A stretch of 64,000 nt of DNA from Dimorphilus gyrociliatus. Taxonomy: Eukaryota; Animalia; Annelida. The DNA is taken from NCBI GenBank assembly GCA_904063045.1, contig CAJFCJ010000026.1:1-64000 (forward strand), in the 5' to 3' direction. Both the position numbers and the translations under genes were made by a program. Below the pieces are notes generated by a model, which saw nothing but the letters and a program-made list of their open reading frames with translations, ran no database searches and had not been told where the DNA came from. Below, piece by piece: positions 11,697 through 24,244 of the stretch (within the stretch, counting starts at the first letter, position 1; every line of letters starts with the position of its first letter).

Positions 11697-13496
11697 AATT
11701 CTTTGATTCTTAAGCGTTACTTTATCACTTACAGTGAAAATAAAGAATGACTACAAAACAGTTATAACGGAAATTCCTTGTACGGACTTCACGTCTACCG
11801 AAATAGAGGAGCAGATAATAGATAAATTTTCAAAAAAAGCGAATTAGATGCCATCCCTCTTAATTATCCTTTCGAAATATTATTTATGCTATATATAATT
11901 TAATATTTTCGATTTATTTCACTATAAATGACATAAATATACTTATGATTTAACCCCAAAAAATATAACAATTACTTCTCTTATATTGTTATCACATGGC
12001 TATATTATCAATATAATTTCGCAAATTCTTCGTTAATTCTCTTCATATTGAGTATAAAAAAAGCCATTTATTCAGCGCCTACTACTAAAGGATTATTAAA
12101 ATTTGAGTAAATGTTTAAGTTCAAAGGACACAATAGGTTAATTGAGCGGTTGTCCATTTGTGAACTCTTCTATCGCAGCGTCGGACATCCAGAGAGGTAA
12201 GAGTTTTCTATCGAATTTCTTATCAATTTTTATGTAGATAGATGATCCCTTACACTTTTTTGCATTCATTAAATATGCTTTAGAATGCATTTTTTTATAC
12301 AAGTCCAAAATAAGGACAAGTAAACTGATGGTTACATTGATTTTAAATGAATAATATATAGATATTATGTAAAATACACGATATTTACATAATTTATACA
12401 GTATATATATTTATATATATTAGTAAATATATATATATATTTATATATTTACTGTATATATAATACACATCTTATTAGTATATTTATTTCTAAACATAAC
12501 TCAATATGTATACATATATTTACATAAGATCTCAATACGTTTTATGTACATACAACACATAATATGTATACATCCTATTCCTCTTAGATTATCTAATAAC
12601 GCAATATAATACAGTATAACCGCATCTGATTAGAATTTTTATAATTAACATAACTTTCTACCTAATTTAAATAACTGATTTATTGAATTAGTAGAAAGAA
12701 AAAGTAAATTATCCAACATACTTTCTCTTTTATTCTTTTATCCATTTTTTTTTTACATTCCTCCAACCCTTTATTTAAGAAAGAAAAAACATTTTTGGAA
12801 AAGTAAATGGGCTTAATACTTTCAATATTTTTTATTGTTCTTTTTCTAAGACATTTACTAAAAATACTTAGACAAGTCTACTTGTGTACTCGAATAGTTT
12901 AAAAAACTATTTATAAATAGTCTCAAAGAGGTAACAATATCCTTTATTATTCATCTTTGCATTAAATAAAAAAAATCAGTTTGTTTTTATTTAAATTATT
13001 ATGTTAATTTATTTTTTTTTGTATATATTCTCTTATTAACTAGTCGTCTTTAGCCATAATTCTTCATATTTATATGTAAGAAATTATATACGGTATATAT
13101 ATATATATACAGTCTATTTTCGTTAAAAAAGAATAAGATAAATAGGTTCACTCGTATTACGAACGTATCCAGACAAACTCTGACCATACTTAAAAGTGCG
13201 CAAATAAAAAAATACTTCCTAAAATTTCTCTCTTCTTTCTTTGTTCTTATATATTGAAGACAGAAAGAGAGAGAGAGAGAGAAAAAAAAACTTTACATTA
13301 CTTTTTTTTGTTCTTTTTTCATTAAAAAACTTGTCTTTTAATTGAAATTAATTAATTTAAAGTTTTTTTCTTTAATAGCCTTTTATTACACTAAATTTAC
13401 TATAAATAAATGTTGTTTATGCAAATTAATTTGGATTAACCATGATTTTAATAGATTTAATTATTTTTCAGTATTTTTTACTTGCATAAAATCATT

Positions 13497-14246
13497 ATGA
13501 AATTAAACAAAGAAATAGAAAGTACAAAACAATCGACTGGCAAAGCTGGTATTTTTAACAGACTAAAAAGTTGGTCTGGTATTAAAGTAAGAAAGCTGTT
13601 TGGAATACTCCGCCGATCTAAAGACAATAGTATGAAAGAAATTATAGTTATAAAAGCTAATAATGAACTTTACGAAAAGGAATTGTCCATTTTGAAAGAT
13701 AATTTGGCACAAGTTAATGCTGAATTATCCGAATATAAGAAGCAAGTTGAAAAGAAAGAGGAGACGGAAGAGTTAAAGATAGTGCAACCCCCAACTGATG
13801 TAAAAGATGATACGGAAGAATTACTTATGTCCGCAATAGAAGAAGCTATTCGAACAGTAGAGGAAAGTCGCATAATGAATGAATCATTCTTTGAAATAGA
13901 AACTTTAAAAAGTGAAGAAACTATTGACATGATGGACAATCTTCGAGTTACACTTGACTGTGATATAGAGGAAAAAGCACATCAATTATTAATTGACTTG
14001 ATCAAAGTAACAAAATTAAATCATACAGATGAGCTAATTCAAAACGTAGTTGAAATATTTAAGGATGCCCGACAAAAGATTGTTAAATCATTTGAACTTC
14101 GAATCGAGGAAATTACAGAAGCTTTACTAACACAAAGAAACAAAATGGAAATGACTGAGAGGCGTTTTCGTATCTCCTCGACTAAAACAGTTAGCACTCT
14201 AAAAAATACTCGTAGAAAAACGGAGATGATACTAGCTGAGAAATAA
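13497..14246 (+). CDS. Orphan 249-aa coiled-coil protein
   Basis: First ATG at 13497 after acceptor TTTTTCAG 13471. Candidate upstream 5'UTR donor GAG|GTAAGA at 12197. Basic amphipathic N-terminal segment followed by a Glu/Lys-rich coiled coil. Confidence 0.75.
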   Translation: MKLNKEIESTKQSTGKAGIFNRLKSWSGIKVRKLFGILRRSKDNSMKEIIVIKANNELYEKELSILKDNLAQVNAELSEYKKQVEKKEETEELKIVQPPTDVKDDTEELLMSAIEEAIRTVEESRIMNESFFEIETLKSEETIDMMDNLRVTLDCDIEEKAHQLLIDLIKVTKLNHTDELIQNVVEIFKDARQKIVKSFELRIEEITEALLTQRNKMEMTERRFRISSTKTVSTLKNTRRKTEMILAEK

Positions 14247-16706
14247 TATGGTGCCATTCAATAGATAAATGCGTGCATTTTATTTATACTTCGCAGTTTA
14301 GTCTTCCCGCTAAATACTAATTATAAAAAAAAGAATGGATTCTCATTAATTGTTTAAATTCTAATTCTACTAAATTTTCAATTTTTAGTCTACTCTCTTA
14401 TTTTTATTACATCATTTTTATAATGAAAACGATCAAAATTGAAGCTCTAAGCTGCGGAGGATGAGATACTTCAATGTACCATTTGGAAAGATTAATTATT
14501 TACAAATTATTACCATTATCGTATAGCTTATAGTATTTTTTCAAGATTTTTGTACATTTATTATTTTACAAAAAAAACAAAAAAAAAATAATAACAAATA
14601 ATTATATTTAGTATATATATATATATACATATTAGATTACACAGGCATATATGTCTATATATGTACGTATGTATACAACATAAATCTGTATACTATTTAG
14701 AGTGTTGAATAAGATGTAAAAATTTCTGATATATATATATTTTTGTATAATAATAAACACTACGAAAAATCGTTCCAGAATAAAAGCTGTTTATACTCGT
14801 GTTCCAATAACTTAAAATTTTACGTTTTTAATAGGTATATTATAATATTTACTTTTGTTGAAGGACAACAGATAGCAGCACATTATTGTAAAAAAACAAA
14901 ACATTTTTCTCTCAATTATTTAGCTAATCTGACACTAATTTGACGATTTCAAAATATAATAGTATTATTTTGGGACTATGTCATTTACTTTTTTCTATTT
15001 ATTTATTTTTTTTTTTTTTTATAAAATACCCATTATTTACTTTGTGCTTTATTCATAATGTACAATAATTTATTATTATTATTATAAACAAAGTACGCTT
15101 TTCTATAAAAAAATAATAATATAAAAGTATATATAGAAAAAGAACGTTCTTTTTTTAAAAGGTTAAACTCGTTCTATTTAGGTAATTAAATTCCTAAAAA
15201 AAAGATTTAGCCAATAACTATATATATATATCTTACTTCGACGTTATAAACAGAAAAAGCGATTAGATATTTTGTTATAACTTATCTAACAGAAGATGAT
15301 GACGCTTTGCAGACGGTTGATGATTCCCTATAATAGCTTTATTATCGTTACGTGGTAAACATTCCTGCAATTAAAACTTTTTTATATTTGCATAAAAAAT
15401 TAATATTTTAAATGAAAATAAAAAATTTTCTAAATAAATCATATCCGTACTTTAGAAAATAAACACTAAAAAGTTTTCAAACATTTCTGCGATCTCCAAA
15501 AAATGGGAAAACTAAAACGGCATTATAATTACCCCTCTAAGGGCTTATTCATTTTTTTCCGCCATGTTGGATAAAGATTGTAGATGATAACAATAATATA
15601 CATATCAAAAATTTGAAATCGGCATTATTTATTTCCTAAAACTTTTATTTTCTAAGTAAGAAGATAATTATATAGCAAATAACTTTAAATAACTTTTTAT
15701 CGGCCTATTTTTTTGAGAGTTGAGATTCTTATATTTTTTTAGAGTGTTTCTCGAAATTAAGAAATATGTCAGAATCGGAAGAAGATAAAATAGAGAAAAG
15801 GAGAACTTGAGAAAGATCGAAAATTTGCCAATGCAGTAGATTAAGTCTAAATTTGATTAGATGTTGCAGATGTAAAAATGGACTTGAAGGATTAGAAATT
15901 ATCAAGTTTTCGCCACTTTCAAAATGTTGGAAAGGTCATGATAATTAATTGAATATAGAAATTAACTAGTTGAATATAGAAGATAGCTTCCCCTTAGTTA
16001 TCAGGAGTTCATCTCACCAAATCCTTACGTTGAAATCTAATGACTAATGGCAAAAAATATGCTGGGCAAAGATCAATTGTAACTGTTGTTTTGGTATGCA
16101 TCATAATCATTATTACAATTTGGAATTTTTGTAATAAATATATGAGAAATAATCTTCGATTTATCAAATGATTTCTTCAAAATCTAAAGAAAAAACAGAT
16201 AAAAAATCTAATCCAGTCAACAGCCGTAAAAAAAGTTGATTTTTTTCCTCGGTAAAAAGTTGAGATCAGTCTAAATCATTGGTCAATTTCTAGATGAAAC
16301 TCATTAAGTGAAAAATAACAAGATTATTATTAAAGCTAATCAACGATAGAGAGTTTGGAAAAGAAGTTTAACTATCTATTAGATATATTGATATCATAGA
16401 TTAAAAGATTTATAAATTTTTATATGATTAAATGCTATTTATTTAAACAAAATTCATCGAACAAACTCCTTTTCTTTTTTCCCTCTTTTATACAAATACT
16501 CAAGCTGAGTAGAATACAGAAATTTCTGTATAAATAGGAGGCGAATTTTTCAGTCACCCTCTTTCTGATGCTTAAAAATTTCCCGGTATTTTATTTCCCA
16601 AAGTATATGACTGTAAGTTTACGTTGCATTTTATTAAATTTATTTATATTGCAGTATCCCTTTATATGTTTCTTAATTTATTCATTCTCATATAGCTACA
16701 ATTACA

Positions 16707-18551
16707 ATGGGAAACTCAAAAAGCTCACTCGTTAAGAAGCTTGGTTTTAAGAGCCAAAGTAACAGAAATTCCGAACTAGACGTAACTGAAGCGGAAAAGC
16801 AAAGAAGAGATGGTGTAAAAGCTCGAGCGATGGCACTAAATAGAGTTGTTAGCCATTATTTTGGAAGAAAATCATCAACTGAACAAGTAAATCCAGGTGC
16901 TAACAACTCCCAGGCCGAATCAACTGAGAACGTTGAAACAACTGAAGATACAAGTTATATAATCAAGATGAAGGACCGACAAATAGATTACCTCACCAAT
17001 CAGATACGTAAGTTCCTTTGCATAATTTCCAAGATTTATTCTTACCTTCTCGAGATTACTTATATTCGTTGAATTTTTTTTTTATATACAGATAAAATGT
17101 TGACGAAAATGGAGGGTAAGAACTTTAATTTCAAAGATAACTGATTTCATTATACTAAATTCTATCTTCTATCAGGTACCGAATTAGATATTAATGAATT
17201 AAGAATAATCTCAGACGAAGTTGATCTTTTCAACAAGGACGATTTTGAGAGATTGCAACAACTGGATATGGTTGAAAATTTGGAGCGAGAAGCCCAGAGA
17301 CAACGACGTGAAAGACTAGAACTTCAAGAAAAGTTGGAAAAAGTTCATTTACAAAATATGAGAGATCGAATAAGAGAAATGACAATTGAAGAAGTTGACG
17401 AAAATGAGGAGGACGAGGACGAGATGGAGGAGGTGAAGGAAGAGGAGGAATCAATAGATGTAGAAAGAACCAAGAGTAAGGGGAAGAAAAACTCCAAGGA
17501 AAACAGAAAGGATAGAAAGAAGGCCGAAAAGAGGAAAAAAAATAGAAAGCGTAAAGATATTAAGATCGAAAAGAAACAGAAGAAGAGCCTGAAGCTGAGA
17601 GGCAAGAAAAGAGAGAAGCGAAAGAAGTTAGGAAAAGAGGTGTGTAATCGAGAAAATATAGAAAATGATAGTTATTATATTGACTACGATGAGGTTGAAT
17701 ACTACAAGGATCAGGAAAGTTATGATTGGATTGTTACTAGTAACGAGAAATCTTCAAACTTAAATCATATGCTTAATCTAGATAAGACTAAAAATGAGAT
17801 CGATGAGGGAGAATTTAATGGTATTTTTACCGCTATTAGAGTTTTGGCCGTTGACACAAATGAAATGAGAAATGAAACAAGTATTGAATCTTCCAATGTA
17901 TCTTTTTCAAGTGAAAGTGAGAAAAAACGAACTGAGAGGACTAATTTTAAATCCTACGAAGAGTATTCGGAAGAGGATAGAGTTGGTCTGGCAATTGCAA
18001 TGCCCTATCTTGAAATAACCGAAGAAGATACTGTTGGAGTAACCGTAAGCGGATCACCTCAAAGAGAGCTTGAAGAAAAGAACTTAACAAATTTCACCGA
18101 AATAGATAACGAATCTTTTGACGAAGGTTCAGTGAAAATGGCTCTGGCGATCCCCCATTATGAATACTATCACGAATGTGAAGATGGAGCATGTGATAGA
18201 AGCTTTCAACAAAAGTTACCAGAAAAATTCGATAATGAAAGCGACGGAGAAATATACTATATGGAAACTAGCGACACTGAATCAGAGAGCGAATGTGAAT
18301 CAGCCGAAAGCCACCAGTATGATACAATCGATGAATCAGATGAAGACATTAAAATGGCTATGTTAGACGGAAAAATCAAGGCTCTCGGAATACCAATATT
18401 GGGTGATGATCCGGAGTTAAACATGAATCGAAAACATAGAAACGGCGACTTTGGAAAATTTAATCGATTGAATGATCTCGTAAATGAAGCACGCCGTCAA
18501 CTCCATAGAAACCTTCAAAAAGATTCTGATGATGAATCTTTATTTGGCTGA
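16707..18551 (+). CDS. Orphan ~566-aa largely disordered protein with N-myristoylation-like start, 3 exons (16707-17007, 17092-17115, 17176-18551)
   Basis: Starts MGNSKSS. Canonical phase-1 introns join the 16707 and 17253 ORFs in frame. Contains a coiled coil, an acidic tract, a long Lys/Arg block and an acidic tail. 5'UTR intron 16613-16695. Confidence 0.75.
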
Positions 18552-19456
18552 CCCTTCAAATGTCGGAAAGCTCTACCTCTCGTAGATTGCAACTTTTCAA
18601 ATTGTTAACGAATTATTATTGGATCTAGACAAAAGACTTTTCCTTTTTGCTTGTCTCGTATTTGTTGAACGTGATACGCACTTTATGAAGAATTATCTTT
18701 GTCTCGTTATATCATAATTTGATAATTTGTTAAAGGTATTACTTTATTGTTTCAATTAGAATTTGAAATTGTTTTCTTTCATGAAAATTTCCTAGTTTCC
18801 TATTAATGTAAAGAATAAAATAGAAAAGACTTTTTGAGAATCATATCTTATTTATATGTAGAACAAATATCTTTAAAAATTCATATTAATTTGCCGCTCA
18901 TTTTTGTTCCACGCATGCGTAATGGTGATTTTGAGCACGTGCACAACATTCGCTCAACTTTTTCCGAACAACCAACCCGCCTTCCTGCTACCTACTTTTC
19001 AACTTGGGAAAGTACATGTCAGATTAATATTATTGCGTTTTTTTAAATAAGACTTCTTTATAGAAAAATTCTATTTCGACTTGTGAGTACTTTTTTTGGA
19101 GGCGCTGAAGTAGTATAAAATTATTTTATGAGTTCTTAATATCTTAAAATTATATTCGACTGGTCATTCTTCTTCTGTAAAAGCTACCATAAACACTTTA
19201 TCAAGGTTAAAAATTTTATATCTTACCTTTTTATTTGTTAAATGCTTAGTTTTTTCAAACCATTTTAATTTGTATGCTGTATTTTACTAAGTAAAAATTT
19301 AGACGTTTTGGGTTTTTTTTGACACTTTATACTTTAGATACTGAATGGAAAAAAATTTATAAAGTGTCTTTGAAAAAATCAGCCAAGCAGACTAACGCTG
19401 GTTATTTTATTATACAGTGAAGAGAAATTGACATTTTTTTTCTGTTCGCAGGTATC

Positions 19457-22400
19457 ATGAAGAGTAAAGGCAAAATAGAGACAGTTATTGACAAAATAAG
19501 TAAGCAAACATGCTTTGCGGTAGAGAGAGCCTCTGAAAATGGAGGTAAGCTTATTCCTGATAATGAATTTTATTTAGCTGAATAGCATTACATTTTATTT
19601 AAACTACTCAAGATGGCCACGATAGTTCCTCTACTCGAACTGAAACCACATCGACTATACAGCCTACTGAACTTCAACAAAATGAACCCAAAAACAGAGA
19701 AGTCGAGATAGAAGGGAAAGCGGACGGTTCTACTAATAAACATTTTACAGGAGACAATCAAGGTTAAACTCCAATGTCAATAGAAATTCTAAATAAATAT
19801 ATATTCTACATATAATAGGTTCGAAAGATTTAAGTGCTATAGCAACAAATACAGATATCCACCATCAACTGTCAACAACAAAAAGGAGACATCAAGGTGA
19901 AATTATAAATAACAATAAACTTTTATAACTAAAATAAAAATATCTTTATTAGGCAGTGCTGAAGCTGACAATATAGCCAGGATTTCTGTTAACGATGGCA
20001 ACCCTAATAAGCTGTTTGACAATAAAGAGGAAGTTGATCAAGGTAAAATCTCAAAGGATTTTAAACTCTTTACCTTTTAAATATAGTAAACACTCAAACA
20101 AGGCTTGAATAATTTAAATTCTGCTACAGATGAGATGAATAAATACCAACCAAATCATTCAAGGAAAAAGCGACGTCAAGGTTTTTATAATATTTATTTA
20201 TTGAGGGGTACGCAAATATCTTCATTGATATTGGAATTTCTCTCGATTTATACTGCTACTAGGTTCCAAAAAAATTGTAGCAAAAAATTTATATGCAGTT
20301 TAAATATCAAATCAAAAAGAACTATTACCTCTTCACTTTTTCCAGCTAATAAAAAAGACAGCGACATCGGGCCGAGTACTTTCTCCTCAATTAAGACACA
20401 TGACGAAGATTGCAGTTCTGGTATGATTAATCTATAAATGAAAACTCATAATTATCTTGCAACTCAAAACCAACAGACACAACCAACACAGACAGTGAAG
20501 TTGACGCTGAAACTGATTCTAAAGTTTCATACGAGGACTTGAGTGGTTCGGGTGAAGACTCGGGTGAAGACTCGGGTGAAGACTCGGGTGAAGACTCGGG
20601 TGAAGACTCGGGTGAAGGCTCGGGAGAAGACTCGGACGAAGACTTGGACAAAGAGTTGGACAAGGACTCGAACAAGGACTCGGACAAAGATTCGGACAAA
20701 GACTCGGACAAAGACTCGGACAAAGACTCGGGTGACACTTCAGGTGAAGACACAAGTGAAGATTCAGGTGAAGATTCAGGTGAAGATTCAGGTGAAGATT
20801 CAGGTGAAGATTCAGGTGAAGACTCGGTTCAGGACTCAGGTGGCGATATGGGCAATGATACAAACGATAATACAAGTAACGATACGAGCGACGACTCTGA
20901 TGATGACAATACGAATGATAATATCAGCGACACCACTATTGATGAAGACGCCGTCGATGATTCAACTGATGATACAAAAGTGAGTACAACAGAAGAATGT
21001 GGAGCAGAGTCGAACTCTATCAGAATAAGTTGTAATGCTACAACTAGTGGCATTGGTAAGGCTTCTTAATATTTTTTAATCTTACAAAAACTATATAGTA
21101 ATTTATTTTGTAAAGGAAATACTTTTGTTAGTGCGACTTCAGAAACTCCTACGAGTCCTGAGGTTCCTGTAAATCCTGTGATTCTTACAAGAAATATGGT
21201 GCCTACAATTAATGCGATTTCTATGAGTTCTGTGGTTCCTGTGAGTTATATAGTTCCTACAAGTACTGTGGTTCCTACGAGTAATTTGGGTCCTGTGAGT
21301 GCTATATTTCCAACAAGTCCTATGATACCTGTGATTGCTACAGTTCCTACGAGCAATGCGAATCCAGTGAGTTCTATAGTTCCTACAAGTCCTACAGTTC
21401 ATTCAGTCCCTGTTGTTGCTATGAATCCTACGAGTAATGTGCTTCCTGTGAGTTCTGCAGTTCCTATAAGTTACGTGGTTGCCACAGTTCCTACGAGCGA
21501 TATGAGTCCAATGAATTCTATAGCTCCTACAAGTCCTACGGCGGCTGCAGTTCCTGTTGTTACTATGATTCCTACGAGTAATGTGCTTCCTGTGAGTTCT
21601 GCAATTCGAACAAGTCCTGTGGTTACCACAGTTACTATGAGTAATGTGAGTCCTGTGGTTGCTACGAATCCCGTGAATCCTAGAAATTCTTCCACTTTTT
21701 TCAATTCTTCCACTTCCTCCGAGTCTACGAACCCTTCGAATTTTGATCTACCAAATGAAAATACCAGTGAAAATGAGGTAATTAATTGTTGTTGTTAGTA
21801 AATTCATTAAATTCATATGACGTATTTTCTTTTACCAGGATGCTTCAGGAAATGTGGTAGAATTTTTTGAGTTTCATCCTATTTTCTGGATTCACGGGAT
21901 GACCACTTTGACAACTCGAGTTCTAACTGCTCCTAGAGATTGCAATGAGGAAGAGGTAAATAATTTTTACAAACTGTTATTTTTAATAAGATTACTTAAT
22001 TTTAGCAACGAAAGAGAGCTTGTGAGAAAATGCACGAGTGCCCACATGTAAAATAAAAACTAAAGTTTATTAAATTTTCATTAATATATTTTATTATAAT
22101 ACCATAGTTCGTACCTATTAAGCCCGTGGCTGTAGAGCCCAAAGATCTCCCTAAGAATAGTGAGAATAGTGAGAATAATGAGAATAGTGAGAATAGCGAG
22201 AATAGCGAGAATAATGAGAATAGTGAGAATATTGAGAATAGTGCTAAAATTTCCTCTAGCACACCAGAAAGAACTAATGATTCAGAAGAAGCTAGAGGTA
22301 GGGGTAGGGGTAGGGGTAGGGGTAGGGGTAGGGCTAGAGGTAGAGGTAGAGGTAGAGGTAGAGGTAGAGGTAAAAGAGCGAGAGCCGCAACTCGAACTCC

Positions 22401-24244
22401 ATCTCCAGTTTTGGTTCGAGATACATCTTCGGGTTTGGTTCCGGACTTGTCTCCAGTTGTTGCTCCGTCGATAGCTATGGCATCCGATTTGGCTTCAGCT
22501 TTGACTACGGCTTCGGCTATGGCCACGGTTATGTCTTCGTCTGCAGCTACGGCTTTGGCTTCGGCTACAGCTACGGCTACGGCTACAGCTACGGCTACAG
22601 CTACAGCTACAGCAATGGCTGTGAACTCTGCTTCGGGTTCAGTTACAACTAAATCTTCGACCATGACTAGATCTATTTCTTCGTTTGGAAAAAATTCTCA
22701 GGTACATTTAATATAAGAGTAAGGAGTAGTTAAACCACAATTCGATCTTTAAGAAACACTTAAAACAATAAATCACTTCCAATTTGAACTTGTAAAAGTT
22801 TCTGGAACAAACCTTATAGAAAAATAATGATAGTCTTTTTAATGATTATTTAAAGATAAGAGAGAATTTGACATCCTTCACTTGAAACAGCAGCTTGAAA
22901 TGAGATTAAAGCTCGCTAATTACTCACATTTTTTGTATTTATATAAAAATTTCCAAGACATCACAAACTCAATAGATTTTACATGGACACTTCGTTACAG
23001 ATTGAAAATGCTAACGAGGCGACCTATGCTGTTAATACTGAAAATTCTTCGAAAACTTTTCCAGAGACAACAAATATCATTAATAGACGATCGCAAACTA
23101 TTTCTGAATATCCTTCAAAGGTTATGAAAATTTCGCATTCCCAAAACCCGGAAAGCTTATCTCTACCGAATCATAGTGTTTCCACTACGATTATGTCATT
23201 AATAAATTACCCTGATGCGACCGTCGCAACTCAAGAGCAACCTAACAGAAATGGTAGGGTAGACTTATATATAGATATGATCTAAATAGATAAATACTTC
23301 AGGAAATAATATATACATAAAACAAGAAGTCCAAAGCCCCTATTGTTACCCTGGTAAAGTATCGACAGTCTCTATTCAACAAAATGAAGCTGACCGAGAT
23401 ATCTTAGGTCTATCACAAGTTCAAGAATTTAAACTACCAGATAAGAAAATTTGTTATACTTCAGGGAGCAAGCAAACACCTTATTTCAGCTCTTTCGTCC
23501 AATTCCCAAAAGTAGGGGTGGATAATCAGATACGAGAAAACGCGGAAGCGTTAATGGCTACCAGAAATAAATTAGAAACTACTCCAGATATAATCTCGAA
23601 CGAAACTAATGGAACAATACATATGCATTTTCAGTTAAATAAACCTCCGGATGCTGTGTCTTGTTCTTATTTTAGTTCTAGTTCTTGTTCTAGTTCTAAC
23701 TCTTGTCCTAGACCTAGTTCTATTGAATACCAGAACTTGTTCGACACTGAATGTAACAAACAACTACCTTGGAAAAAAAATCATCGATTCAAGCACATAG
23801 CATCCGTACCTTATAACAAGACAGCATCAGCATCAAAAAGAGTATATGCACAAACTGACATGAGTGGATCGCAATCATCATCAGTAAATTATAAATACAA
23901 CGAACCTTTTTCTTTTGGAGGAGTCCTGTCGCGGCCAATTTCTATTGAAGGTCAACATATTCAGCAAAGCACTTCCCAGATTCCACCACTGGCTCATAAT
24001 AATGCTACCCCAATAATTTCATCTATAGGCAGAGTTCCTCGAAGAGCCCACAGCAATGAACCTAGTCATTACTTTTCAGCACATATCCCAACCGTTTGTA
24101 TTCTTTAGTGCTAATGAATCATAAATAACTTGGATATTCTTACAGGAGTTTCAGTGTGTCAGTTCCGCAGAAAATGATAGAGTATCAGACCCTTCACAGC
24201 TACCCGAGAATCTCAAAGTATACGGAGAATCAAATTTCATTTGA
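19457..24244 (+). CDS. Large multi-exon low-complexity tandem-repeat protein (DSGE/DSDK, PTS-rich, NSE, RG and TA repeats)
   Basis: Chain of small, mostly phase-1 exons from ATG 19457 through the 20539, 21178, 22126, 22983 and 23518 ORFs. Last exon is 24146-24244 (TGA). Junctions at 22700-22975 are uncertain. No signal peptide seen. Confidence 0.6.
20557..20820 (+). repeat. Coding 12-bp tandem repeats (DSGE x5, DSDK x4, DSGE x5)
   Basis: GACTCGGGTGAA x5 (20557-20616), GA(C/T)TCGGACAAA units, and GATTCAGGTGAA x5 (20761-20820). Confidence 0.95.
22156..22612 (+). repeat. Coding 9-bp (NSE/NNE), 6-bp (RG) and 6-bp (TA) tandem repeats
   Basis: AATAGTGAG-type units from 22156, (GGGGTA)n then (AGAGGT)n at ~22295-22370, and AC(A/G)GCT units at ~22560-22612. 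Confidence 0.95.

Noticed and set aside
15293-15330. C-box-like ATGATGA suggesting a C/D snoRNA
   Set aside because: No properly placed D box (CTGA) or terminal stem.
15780-16330. Possible decayed Tc1/mariner transposase (SPNPYVEI resembling SPDLNPIE)
   Set aside because: The match is too short and stop-ridden, and no terminal inverted repeats or other DDE motifs were found by eye. A tBLASTn/Dfam search would be needed.
20557-20820. Regularly spaced direct repeats as a possible CRISPR array
   Set aside because: Units are contiguous 12-mers with no unique spacers, lie inside a eukaryotic exon, and no cas genes are present.
20427-20983. Several overlapping ORFs (poly-SPES, HLNL/HPSL, VKTR) on both strands
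   Set aside because: Shadow frames of the 12-bp coding repeat, which lacks stops in most frames. Only the DSGE frame is joined by splice sites.
22002-22664. Minus-strand 220-aa ORF (AV, LP and SLF repeats)
   Set aside because: Antisense shadow of the NSE/RG/TA repeat exon. No splice or start context.
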